Origin: Ginkgo biloba | Lineage: Eukaryota > Plantae > Ginkgophyta | Assembly: GCA_024626585.2 (NCBI GenBank) | Contig: JANKJI020000002.1 | Span: forward strand, 57,725,040-57,753,774 | Direction: 5' to 3' | Length of the DNA stretch: 28,735 nt | Part shown: piece after piece, positions 1 through 10,660 of the stretch | Layout: every line of letters begins with the position of its first letter | Numbering within the stretch: position 1 is the stretch's first letter | Program-made: the position numbers and the translations under genes | Notes under the pieces: generated by a model | What the model saw: the letters and a program-made list of their open reading frames with translations, nothing else | What the model was told of the DNA's origin: nothing | Databases searched by the model: none

Positions 1-320
1 CCTCTATTTCAAAACTCCGATATCCACCCTTGGTGTTACTTCTATGATTATTATCTCGCCAATTCTTAGTCGCCTCGTCTTTCGTGAGATATACTCAAGT
101 TTCTTTAGTTCTATGGGTTGTAGGTACATTCCTCCATGCTATGGGAATTCACGTTGTAGATGTCACAATACCAACTCCTATGTTGAGGACAATTTGCTTC
201 TAGGTACCCTTGTTGCTTGCATCTAGTGCACCAAACGGATTTTTCTCTTTCAATGTTTTCATAACTTCCTTCATCAACCTTGCCATATCTTCCTGCAATG
301 CCTCAACCGCTAATGCACCT
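1..320 (-). mobile_element. Degenerate LTR-retrotransposon gag fragment with two zinc knuckles (probably Ty3/gypsy)
   Basis: Manual minus-strand translation of ~233->117 gives WCTRCKQQGYLEANCPQHRSWYCDIYNVNSHSMEECTYN. This is two CX2CX4HX4C knuckles, each with one ligand changed to Y. A helical stretch (EALQEDMARLMKEVMKTL) precedes it in another frame; stops and a frameshift are present. Confidence 0.7.
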
Positions 321-1755
321 TAAAATTGGGAAAAAATTGTACAGTTCCAACTGATGGCCCACAAGGGAAAAGTTGAAGCATTTCCTACAAGCTCCAAAAC
401 GAACCCAAGAGGACGAAAAACAGAGTGGTGGATCAAAAGTTATGGTAAAATCCATGGTTGCCTATAAAACAAATAAAATTGCATGTTTTTCCTATTAAGC
501 TGGAAATCTGAAAGTAATTTGGATACAATTTCTTCATGTGATGATAGATGCCTCTGAAACTAGTATAAATCATATTGGAATGGAAGATTTCCTTTAATTT
601 TTAAATTTTAAAACTTGAAGTAAATTATTTTAAGCTTGAAAAGTATTAAACTTTAACAATTCAACACTTAGTCAAATTTTAGAGTTTAAGTTTTGGGGAT
701 TTTAGGAGTTTAGGATACTTAAGTGAAGACATGTCAATGACTCTTCTTAAAAATATCAAATTGAATGGATCTAAAAAGTTAATAAAGAAAATTTGATCTT
801 CAAGATTTTAGAGGTTGAGAATTGAAAGGAGATACCTCATGATACTTGGATGGAAAAACTCCAAATTAAAAAATGTTGAAAATATATCTCCAAAAGAGGG
901 CCCTGCGAATAGTTATGAAAACAATTCAACTTCTTGAATAATTAGGGTAACTATAGGAACTCAAAAGGTAAAAAGAAAAAAATAGAGAACATAAGCAAGA
1001 GGTAGAGAGAAAGGAAAGGAAGGAGAGAACAAAGAGAGGAGAACATATCCATTCAAAGAGAATATAGAATAGTCCTATAAGCAATAAGAAGTGCACAAAC
1101 AAAATATTTAAGAGATTCTTGTTTGGTTAAGATAAAAAAGCTCCACACCATTTTTTAACATGTATTTTCTTGTGCAAATATTTATGAGTTGCATCTCATC
1201 AATAGAGGCATAGGCACAGTAATTCATAATTCTTGTTGAGAGAAGAGACTAATACCATTCTAGAGTTTTATTTTCCATGAGGGTTTATATAGTTAAAAAC
1301 TTGTCCATTTGTGTAAGAATGTGTGTGTTTCTAATTTCTATTTTCTCTTGAATTTTTTAGAATTTAAGTTGATAGGATTGCATGCACTTTTAGACACACT
1401 ATTTTCTATNNNNNNNNNNNNNNNNNNNNNNNNNNNNNNNNNNNNNNNNNNNNNNNNNNNNNNNNNNNNNNNNNNNNNNNNNNNNNNNNNNNNNNNNNNN
1501 NNNNNNNNNCATGTTCATATTAGTTAAGGGGTCATGTTTAGCTTAAATACCCCTTAAGATTCGCTTGATATTTTCTATTAAGGCATTTTCATTCTCTTGG
1601 AGTACTTTATGCATTAATGTTGAATTTTCTCTAATAGAAGTCAACTGGAGAATCTTTTATTAAATTTTTTCAGGTTTTATTTTAACCCCTATAGGACAGT
1701 ATGCAATAAGCATGCACATAGCATATGATTTGCTCAAACTTGTCTCAGAGTGTAC

Positions 1756-2067
1756 CTTTTTTAATCGTATTGCATCTTCATCTGTAGAGCAGCATAAAAC
1801 TGCTGCCTTCTCATCCTTGCAGGTGCCATGCTTCCCTCCACTCTCTAACTACATTTGTAGGTCAAGACGTGTGGCCTCTAATTCCTGGCAGCAACTACCT
1901 TTCTCTTCAAGTTCTGCTTGCAAAGAGTTCAATTTTTCCTGTGCCTGACTTAACTCAGTTCTAGTAGCCCTAAGTTGGTAATCAAGTTTTTCATTCATAG
2001 AAATATGGTGTTCTATATGATCTTCTATTGAATGTTTTGAATCCTTAGTTGCAACAAGAACCCTCTA
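1756..2067 (-). pseudogene. Stop-interrupted 3' part of the large FPP exon
   Basis: Continues in frame past the ORF-track stop: *RVLVATKDSKHSIEDHIEHHISMNEKLDYQLRATRTELSQAQEKLNSLQAELEEKGSCCQELEATRLDLQM*LESGGKHGTCKDEKAAVLCCSTDEDAIRLKK. It ends at a phase-0 AAG|GTAC donor at 1756/1755. LEEKGSCCQELEATRLDLQM*LES matches the FPP7-type LEEKxxCCxELEATCLELQLQLES motif as I recall it. Confidence 0.85.
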
Positions 2068-4496
2068 TAAATTCATAATTGTTTGCTCTGATTCCAAAAG
2101 TTGAGCCTTAAGATCCTCAATATTCTTATTTGCAAGTTGAAACACATTTTGTAACTCTTCTTTATCTGATCTTACACATTTAAGCTCATCTTTAAGTCCA
2201 CTGATTTGTTTATTCAATTGGCATTCAACCACTTCTTTTTCTGATAACAGTTTTTGAGCCCCCTCAAGCTGATCAAGAACATTTGCTGCAGAATTGTTTG
2301 ACTCAGGACATACAGTAGCTAATGTAGAAATCAAAGATTCATTTTCATATTTCCCTTTATCAAAATTATTAGCCTTTCCTAGTCCAAATGTTGGACTATT
2401 TGCACCTCGAGCTTCTGATTCACTGCCACTATGTGATTCATCATCCCATTCAAGTCGCTTCTTGATTGTAGCTCTCATGCTCGATACGTCTTGAAGTGAA
2501 AAGAAATGATTTACAAGCCAGTCCAATGCAGAACCGACTTCTTCAGCAAATTCTACCATTTCAGCTCTTCCTTGAAGGAGATCATTGCAAACTTTGACAA
2601 GACTTTGAATGATAGCATTGAATTCCGAATTCTGCCACTGCAAAACACGCACAGTATATCCTGGAACAGCTGTAGGGTTTCCAAATAGCAAAGAACCAGA
2701 AGCATTCTGTGGCATGGTCTGAGAATGATCATGATCCACCGAATTTGACTGAACAAAGCCTTCAATAAGCCCCAGTATCTTGTTAATAGATGCATTCAAT
2801 TTTGATCCACAAGAGGCATCTTTACTCTCTTTAGAATTTGAAAATGGACCCATTTCTTCTTCAGAAGAATTTCCTTCAGAGGGAGATTGTGGTGAAAATG
2901 TTTCTGAGATTACTCCTTCAAGAGAGCCATTGTTTGGGCGTTCAGTACTTAAACATTTTAGACTAGTTAATCTTTCTTTTATTTTGCTAACTTGCTCAGC
3001 ACCGGAATACTGTGATTTTGTAATAGCAGCCTTCACTTTCTCCAACACTTCTACCATGTTCTGCCCCTTTGCATGGGCTTCCATAATTGTATGGAAAAGA
3101 TCTTGAAAACTGGCGAGTGTAACTTTATCAGCCAATGTCCTAGATTGAAAGGAGGATAAATGCTGCTCTATAGATGTGTGGTTATCAGCACTCTCTTCCA
3201 TCATAGGAAAGGCATTGCTATTTTTCTCTGTCTTCAGTTCCCTAGGTTCATTTGTTTTCTCCTCTATTTCTGTAGGAAGTGTTGAAACTGCAGCCTCCTC
3301 AGAAGAAACTGTTGCTAAACGTTCCATCTCAACAAAATCGTCCATCAAATCTAACTCTGTTGACTCAAGCACTTTATTTGTGGGGATCCCTGGCTTCACT
3401 TTCTTAAATTGTGCTAATTCAGAAATCAATGCAGATGCCCAAGATTCAGCACAGCTAACTTCGTCCTCATTGCCTCCATCCACAGAAATTGAAGCAAGGC
3501 TTGGTTCATAACTCATGCGGACACCTTTTGACATTTCCACATGGCCATCAATAGCCATGCTACCTATTCTGCCAAGACCTTGTCCCCTACACAAAGCATC
3601 TAGGTGTGACTCAACTTGTGATAACTTACCAGCTGTCCGTGCGCACATGACCCGTGAAGCTTGAAGTTCACTGATTCTCTTTGTTAGAGTCTCTTTAAGA
3701 ATTTCATTTTCTTCTTCCATAGCCAGCAGGCGCTCAGAAAGAGCATTTATCTGTTTTATGCCATTTTCCCGAGAATTGTCATGCAAAGAATCCCCCATTG
3801 TTGAACCTGCCAAAATCAACCCTTTGCCTGCATGCAACCTTTTTTTCTTCCATTCAGCTGTCTCCCTACCCAGTGTTTCGACTTCCATTTTCATCTGAGC
3901 CACTGCAGCAGGACCTGGCAATCTTTTACGAACTAGCACCCGCAATCTTTGGCATTCAGTCTCCAACTTGGCTATCTTTTTCATACTCTCCAAATGTTGC
4001 TTGTTGGATGCATCGGCTGATCTTCTATTATATTCTCTCTCTTCATTACGGATTTCAAGTTCTTTGTCTAGTACACGAAGCTCATACTTAACTGCGGCAT
4101 TCTCATCCTCCAGAGATTCTAGTCTGACCTGCAGCAGATTTACTTGAGCTTCAGCATGAGACTTGCTCTCACTTAGTTCATTAAGTGATGTTATTCTCTC
4201 TCGAAGAGATTTGTGGATTGCACTATTCTCTGCAACTGCTTCTAGTAGCCTTTGGTTTGTCTCAGCCAGTTTTTCTTCTAGTTCTATCCGAATTCTATCC
4301 AGTTCTCTAGTTTTCTTCATGACAGCATCATGAATACTCTGCTCTTGTTCTTCTCGCATGTGTCTTAGCTGTCGCATGCATTCTTTCAGAGCTCCATCCA
4401 AATGAGAGACTCGATCTTCTGCTGCAACCTTCAGCTGAAGTGCAACATCTAGTTCTTGTTTTAGAGACACTGCCTCTGCCCCAGCTTTTTCCCAGC
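2065..4496 (-). CDS. FPP7: Filament-like plant protein (DUF869 coiled-coil, FPP7-like), large coding exon up to the first in-frame stop
   Basis: FPP family motifs: GWEKAxAEAxxLKQEL, RVSHLDGALKECMRQLR, LEIRNEERE, KIAKLETECQRLRVLVRKRLPGPAAVAQMKMEVE, SCAESWASALISELAQFK, LMDDFVEMERLA. An FPP7-type block is also present (GYTVRVLQWQ...LDWLVNHFFSLQDVSSMR). Acceptor GATTGAAG|GC at 4497/4496 is phase 1 and fits the upstream exon. The subfamily call is from motif recall. Confidence 0.92.
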
Positions 4497-4783
4497 CTTC
4501 AATCACATCAGTGTCAAAATTTAGTTGTGGATTATCTTAAATCAAACTTTTCTGGATAACAAAACTTTACTACAAGACATTTCAAATTCAGATGCAAGTT
4601 TCTACAAATTGTCTGAGGATCAGATTAAGGTACTTGGGAGGCGACATTGAACAAGCCTAACATCAAGAAGCAAAATCTAAAGTTTCACCCAATCCTGGAT
4701 TTGCCATTTGACTGAAACATGAGAAGTACAAAAATCTAGAGAATACAAGTTATATAAAACAGAAAATACAAATGCAATTCTAC

Positions 4784-4952
4784 CTGAAACTGCTTCTTCT
4801 GCAACCTTTGCATGCTGCCTCACTAGAGCATCTTTAGCATTGCTTTCAGCTAGAGCAGCAGATAGTTTCTCATTTAGGTTTTTCACTTTGTCCTCTAACT
4901 GCAACGGACTGACTATCTTATCTAAGTTCACTGGCACATTCCTATTCACATC
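4784..4952 (-). CDS. FPP7: FPP coding exon (169 bp)
   Basis: Acceptor TTTTGCAG|GAT at 4953/4952 and donor TCAG|GTAGAA at 4784/4783. Encodes DVNRNVPVNLDKIVSPLQLEDKVKNLNEKLSAALAESNAKDALVRQHAKVAEEAVS. Splicing to 4496 rebuilds the family motif QHAKVAEEAVSGWEKA. Confidence 0.92.
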
Positions 4953-5088
4953 CTGCAAAATTTATGATAGGTTAGCATACATATCTAAATGAAACACATA
5001 TTATGTGCAAAAGGATGAACTCTGCTACAATTTCACATAAAATATAGGACTTTAATGACACTACCCTGAACATAAGTAGCATGCTTAC

Positions 5089-5238
5089 ATACTGCTAGTT
5101 TACATAAAATATTCCACACGATCCATCCTCACTTGGTAAAATCTTATGGAGAAATGGGAAGAAACTAATAAACTATTTGGTGCTGGGCAGAATCCAATTG
5201 GGAGAATACCGGAAGATAGGAGCTCTGGATACTCAAAC
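5089..5238 (-). pseudogene. Probable first coding exon of FPP (5' UTR part plus truncated start M-D-R)
   Basis: Acceptor CTATTTGTAG|GTTTGAG at 5239/5238. ATG GAT CGT at 5126-5118 matches the usual FPP start MDRRSW, but the frame reads MDRVEYFM* (stop 5100-5102). A good donor AT|GTAAGC lies at 5089/5088. Confidence 0.5.
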
Positions 5239-6624
5239 CTACAAATAGTTTTATCACTTTAATTTGGAATATAATATCAACTTTTTACGATTAGAATGTC
5301 CATACATTTTCAAGAGACTGTTCAAGGTGATATTGCCAGAACATAGAACAAAACCTGTAGAATGAACGGCAGAATCAAGACTCTGAAAATCAAGAACTGG
5401 ACTCAGGAATGTAAATCTTCGAGGAAAAATATAAATAACTACACTTGCAGTTGTCACGTGGAGCCCATGAGAAGTCTCCGTTCTCATTTATAAAAAATCA
5501 AAAGATGTCTATTGAGACATTGTAATATTCTCATGTGGAAGTACTTTGATATATTATAGCAGTCTCATGTGGAAGTTTGGTTTGATATCATGCCTTCGTA
5601 TTATACGAAAACTACTCAGAGCCTCTTNNNNNNNNNNNNNNNNNNNNNNNNNNNNNNNNNNNNNNNNNNNNNNNNNNNNNNNNNNNNNNNNNNNNNNNNN
5701 NNNNNNNNNNNNNNNNNNNNNNNNNNNNNNNNNNNNNNNNNNNNNNNNNNNNNNNNNNNNNNNNNNNNNNNNNNNNNNNNNNNNNNNNNNNNNNNNNNNN
5801 NNNNNNNNNNNNNNNNNNNNNNNNNNNNNNNNNNNNNNNNNNNNNNNNNNNNNNNNNNNNNNNNNNNNNNNNNNNNNNNNNNNNNNNNNNNNNNNNNNNN
5901 NNNNNNNNNNNNNNNNNNNNNNNNNNNNNNNNNNNNNNNNNNNNNNNNNNNNNNNNNNNNNNNNNNNNNNNNNNNNNNNNNNNNNNNNNNNNNNNNNNNN
6001 NNNNNNNNNNNNNNNNNNNNNNNNNNNNNNNNNNNNNNNNNNNNNNNNNNNNNNNNNNNNNNNNNNNNNNNNNNNNNNNNNNNNNNNNNNNNNNNNNNNN
6101 NNNNNNNNNNNNNNNNNNNNNNNNNNNNNNNNNNNNNNNNNNNNNNNNNNNNNNNNNNNNNNNNNNNNNNNNNNNNNNNNNNNNNNNNNNNNNNNNNNNN
6201 NNNNNNNNNNNNNNNNNNNNNNNNNNNNNNNNNNNNNNNNNNNNNNNNNNNNNNNNNNNNNNNNNNNNNNNNNNNNNNNNNNNNNNNNNNNNNNNNNNNN
6301 NNNNNNNNNNNNNNNNNNNNNNNNNNNNNNNNNNNNNNNNNNNNNNNNNNNNNNNNNNNNNNNNNNNNNNNNNNNNNNNNNNNNNNNNNNNNNNNNNNNN
6401 NNNNNNNNNNNNNNNNNNNNNNNNNNNNNNNNNNNNNNNNNNNNNNNNNNNNNNNNNNNNNNNNNNNNNNNNNNNNNNNNNNNNNNNNNNNNNNNNNNNN
6501 NNNNNNNNNNNNNNNNNNNNNNNNNNNNNNNNNNNNNNNNNNNNNNNNNNNNNNNNNNNNNNNNNNNNNNNNNNNNNNNNNNNNNNNNNNNNNNNNNNNN
6601 NNNNNNNNNNNNNNNNNNNNNNNN

Positions 6625-7400
6625 GAACCTTTATCCTTGATGATTCTATATGCCAACCCATGATGATTCTAATTTTTTCAGATCTATGTGAAGACCATCT
6701 TTATCCACTGTGTCCAAGGCAGGGAACAGATTTCATTACAAAATATAACTTGTTTAGGTTTGTTTGTTGTTTGATACCTTTGATGTTCTTCCAAAATTAC
6801 CTTGACATGCTGCACAAGCACTTGCAAGTTTTTATTGAATACCAGTATATCATCCAAGTAAACCATAATAAATGCATTGAATGGTCATAATGCATCATTC
6901 ATCAATCACATAGAAGTAGCTGAAGTGATGGTTAAGCCAACAACATCACCAACAATTGATACAAATTCTATCTTGTATTCACTGTTGTCTTCCAAGTGTC
7001 TTCCTCCTAAATCCACACCCTACAACAACCAGATTTCAAATATACTTTGATAATATATTTGGCCCTTGGAGTTGGTCTTGGAAGTCTTTGATCCTAGGCA
7101 ATGAATATCGTCACTTTGTGGTTATTTTGTTTTATGCCCTATACCCTATGCACATCCTTCATAAGCCATTGTTGTAACAGGACCACTAATGAATCACAAG
7201 GCAATGCACTTGGCATTATGTGCTCCGTGTCCAGTAGCTCTTGGCAATGTCTCTTTATCTTCCCATTCTCTAAATGTACAATACTGCATTTGGAAACACT
7301 ACTCTTTGTTCCAACTCTATAGAATATTGAACTGCTCTTTTTCGAAGGCATAACTATAGCTTCTTGAAAAAGATCAGAGTATGCTGTCGACAACCTATTT
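6625..7400 (-). mobile_element. Degenerate Ty3/gypsy pol (reverse transcriptase) remnant
   Basis: ORF 6684-6866 has MVYLDDILVFNKNLQVLVQHVKVIL (RT YxDD motif). Upstream decayed pieces (QELLDTEHIMPSALPCDSLVVL, LKSG...EEDTWKT) match gypsy RT blocks in the expected order, with many stops and frameshifts. Confidence 0.85.
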
Positions 7401-7687
7401 ATTTGCTTTCATTGTTCTTCACTTTCTATTGTTGAAATCTAAATGCTTGACAAATTATTCTCTCTTGTCAATAAATGAATTGACGTCTTTTCCATTTTAT
7501 GGTTGTAACCCTAACTCTAGGTATCCTTACATTAAATGTTTTGTCCTTTTCTCTCTTCATTAATTGCACCCTATTTTAGGGTAATAAATATGATGTAGTA
7601 GAAGCATTTAATGTGCCTTAATTAACTCTAATGAATTTGGGTTATGAACTACGTTATTATCCCTAATATTTGCGACTTTATTCAGGT

Positions 7688-7900
7688 CGACTTTGACTAG
7701 CATTTACCATGACTTTGACTAGGCATTGACCATGATTTTGATCAGCATTAATGTGATGTATTCAACTCATCTTGACCAACTTTAACTAGGTCTTGACTAT
7801 CATTAATGTGGTTTATTCAAGTCATCTTGACTAGATTTAACCACAACTTTGACGATCATTAAATGTTGTGACATTGACGATGACTTTGACTAGCATTAAA
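7688..7900. repeat. Degenerate 22-23 bp minisatellite (GACTTTGACTAGCATTGACCAT-like)
   Basis: Recurrent TTGACY/TTGATC cores about 10-12 bp apart at 7693-7745. Further copies extend to ~7897. Confidence 0.7.
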
Positions 7901-9823
7901 TATTGTCCTTTTCTGTGATTTAATCAACATTTAATCTTGCAATTAGTATGATTGCTTAAGCTACACTTAATACGACTATGTTTTCTTTTAATGTCACAAT
8001 TAAGGTGTCATTTTAGCGCTGACATCATGCTTTATGCTGCTACTACATCAAAAATGCAATGCCATCAAGGTCATGCCACATNNNNNNNNNNNNNNNNNNN
8101 NNNNNNNNNNNNNNNNNNNNNNNNNNNNNNNNNNNNNNNNNNNNNNNNNNNNNNNNNNNNNNNNNNNNNNNNNNNNNNNNNNNNNNNNNNNNNNNNNNNN
8201 NNNNNNNNNNNNNNNNNNNNNNNNNNNNNNNNNNNNNNNNNNNNNNNNNNNNNNNNNNNNNNNNNNNNNNNNNNNNNNNNNNNNNNNNNNNNNNNNNNNN
8301 NNNNNNNNNNNNNNNNNNNNNNNNNNNNNNNNNNNNNNNNNNNNNNNNNNNNNNNNNNNNNNNNNNNNNNNNNNNNNNNNNNNNNNNNNNNNNNNNNNNN
8401 NNNNNNNNNNNNNNNNNNNNNNNNNNNNNNNNNNNNNNNNNNNNNNNNNNNNNNNNNNNNNNNNNNNNNNNNNNNNNNNNNNNNNNNNNNNNNNNNNNNN
8501 NNNNNNNNNNNNNNNNNNNNNNNNNNNNNNNNNNNNNNNNNNNNNNNNNNNNNNNNNNNNNNNNNNNNNNNNNNNNNNNNNNNNNNNNNNNNNNNNNNNN
8601 NNNNNNNNNNNNNNNNNNNNNNNNNNNNNNNNNNNNNNNNNNNNNNNNNNNNNNNNNNNNNNNNNNNNNNNNNNNNNNNNNNNNNNNNNNNNNNNNNNNN
8701 NNNNNNNNNNNNNNNNNNNNNNNNNNNNNNNNNNNNNNNNNNNNNNNNNNNNNNNNNNNNNNNNNNNNNNNNNNNNNNNNNNNNNNNNNNNNNNNNNNNN
8801 NNNNNNNNNNNNNNNNNNNNNNNNNNNNNNNNNNNNNNNNNNNNNNNNNNNNNNNNNNNNNNNNNNNNNNNNNNNNNNNNNNNNNNNNNNNNNNNNNNNN
8901 NNNNNNNNNNNNNNNNNNNNNNNNNNNNNNNNNNNNNNNNNNNNNNNNNNNNNNNNNNNNNNNNNNNNNNNNNNNNAATTTGTTCCTTGTGCAATCTGTT
9001 AAAGGGAGAACTGCTGGAATTTGTCCTGCTTCTAAGTATTATTGTCTAGTCTAGACAATTAGATTATTCCCAAAGCTTGAAACCAAGATCCTTTACCAAA
9101 TTTTGATCTAGTTCATAAGTGCTTGTATGCAAAAATTTAGAATAACTGCAAAATAGAGTTGTCCCTTTTCCTTTTACCATGCAAGAAACCAAGATCACGA
9201 TGTTTTTTTTATTTAGCTAGAAATTAGCAATGCTCATTGAGCGACAACATACAAACTTTTTCCAACATTCTAGTTATCTATTTTTTGTATTGTAAATGTG
9301 TACATGAAATCTAAATTCTCCACCTAACAAAGCATAAACCTAAATAAGAAGAAGAAGAAGACAAAGAAGTTCCTCCCTTTATTTCTACCCCATTTCTCTT
9401 TTCTCAACAAGAGGGCAATTTGTGAAATAAATTCCACAGCATTAAGATAAGGTTTGCACAGTATCACAATCATTGGGCATATGATTTGGGTGTAACCCAA
9501 GAATCTAACAACTAGGCATGCACTAACTGATATTCAGTTATGCAATCTCTCTCAAAACACCTCTTCCTTTCTTTCAAAGATTCTACCGAATCAAATGATG
9601 GGCTTCCTGATTCCAAGTAAAAATCCATCCATGCATGTGGCTTAGCCTTCGCAGTCTTTCCTTCTTCCAACTATCACTTGGCTGCAATATTGCATATTAT
9701 CAAGTTAGCTACCTATAGGAAGATCACAATCCTTTTTTTTCTTGTTGATCTTAATATGATCGCAGGTCGTGGATTGTACAAAATCTTGGATCGTGGATTG
9801 TAGCAACTTGTGGACTATAAATC

Positions 9824-10163
9824 TAATTCTGGGAATGAAGAGGATGGAAGGGTCGGGTGCAGGAAGCGGTGCCAATGGTGTGGGTGGTAGGGTTTCTGTG
9901 AGCCCTGGGGTGGAGGGTGTTGCTTTGTAAGGTCTGGTGGGTGGTTCCATGGAGTCTCCATTGGATCCTTCTGGTTCTTTGGATAAGCCTTTCGATCCAG
10001 GAGCTTCTTCGTGGGTCAGTATCTTGAAAGGANNNNNNNNNNNNNNNNNNNNNNNNNNNNNNNNNNNNNNNNNNNNNNNNNNNNNNNNNNNNNNNNNNNN
10101 NNNNNNNNNNNNNNNNNNNNNNNNNNNNNNNNTTCAACACCCCTTCAACTATAATCAAAAAAA
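9824..10163 (+). mobile_element. 5'-truncated non-LTR retroelement (LINE-like) insertion with target-site duplication
   Basis: Exact 19-bp direct repeat AACTTGTGGACTATAAATC at 9805-9823 and 10164-10182. The insert is G-rich, unlike its flanks, and ends in ATAATC plus an A-run (10157-10165). It contains a 100-N gap. Confidence 0.75.
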
Positions 10164-10204
10164 AACTTGTGGACTATAAATCATGGTTGTAGAAAATTGT
10201 TGTG

Positions 10205-10430
10205 AGAGCATCTCAACCTCCTTTTGAGAGAAGAGCGTAGCCTAGTTTAGCAAGATCCTAACCTCTATATGCAACAAATTATCACCTAGTTTAGTATAAT
10301 CACAATCTTTCTTTGAAAGAAGATCACAACATAATTTAGCAAGATTGCAACCTCTCTTTATAAGATAATTATAACTTGCACTAGGGAAGGATCATACCTT
10401 GGGATCAAGAAGATCGTAGCCTATCTTTTA
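10205..10430. repeat. Degenerate tandem repeat with alternating ~21/24 bp subunits (~45 bp dimer)
   Basis: AAGATC-like cores at 10231, 10252, 10276, 10296, 10320, 10341 and 10365. They are followed alternately by (C)CTAGTTTAGC and CCTCTCTTTG-type tails. Confidence 0.7.
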
Positions 10431-10660
10431 GCAAGGCCACCTCATTTTCTAGAACTAATAAATGGTACAATCGTGAATAAAAACATTTGTGCCCTGCCTT
10501 TCATCACACAAGCCATCTCATCATGTCTTGTCTCATCATAAAAAGTGCATCATTCTTGAAGGTTAGCAATATCTAAATAAGCTACACACCCATTAATATG
10601 ATGCCCCTTCTTACATTGAGCACCAAAATGTTCATCCTTTGTCTCAACCCTCTTTAAACT

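Noticed and set aside
1849-2067. Programmed readthrough or U-to-C editing of the FPP TAG codons
   Set aside because: Such editing is known from organelles of some plant lineages, not nuclear genes. Simple C->T mutation is more parsimonious.
2294-4091. Short plus-strand and off-frame ORFs overlapping FPP
   Set aside because: Shadows of the FPP coding exon with no independent motifs.
4497-4506. ORF-track start 'MIE' for the FPP protein
   Set aside because: Non-ATG start in intronic sequence; the real exon begins at the acceptor at 4496.
5529-5576. 14-bp direct repeat TCTCATGTGGAAGT, 34 bp apart
   Set aside because: An ordinary small tandem duplication with no further structure.
9705-9950. 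Proline-rich extensin-like ORF
   Set aside because: It is the antisense reading of the G-rich LINE-like insert and crosses the TSD boundary.
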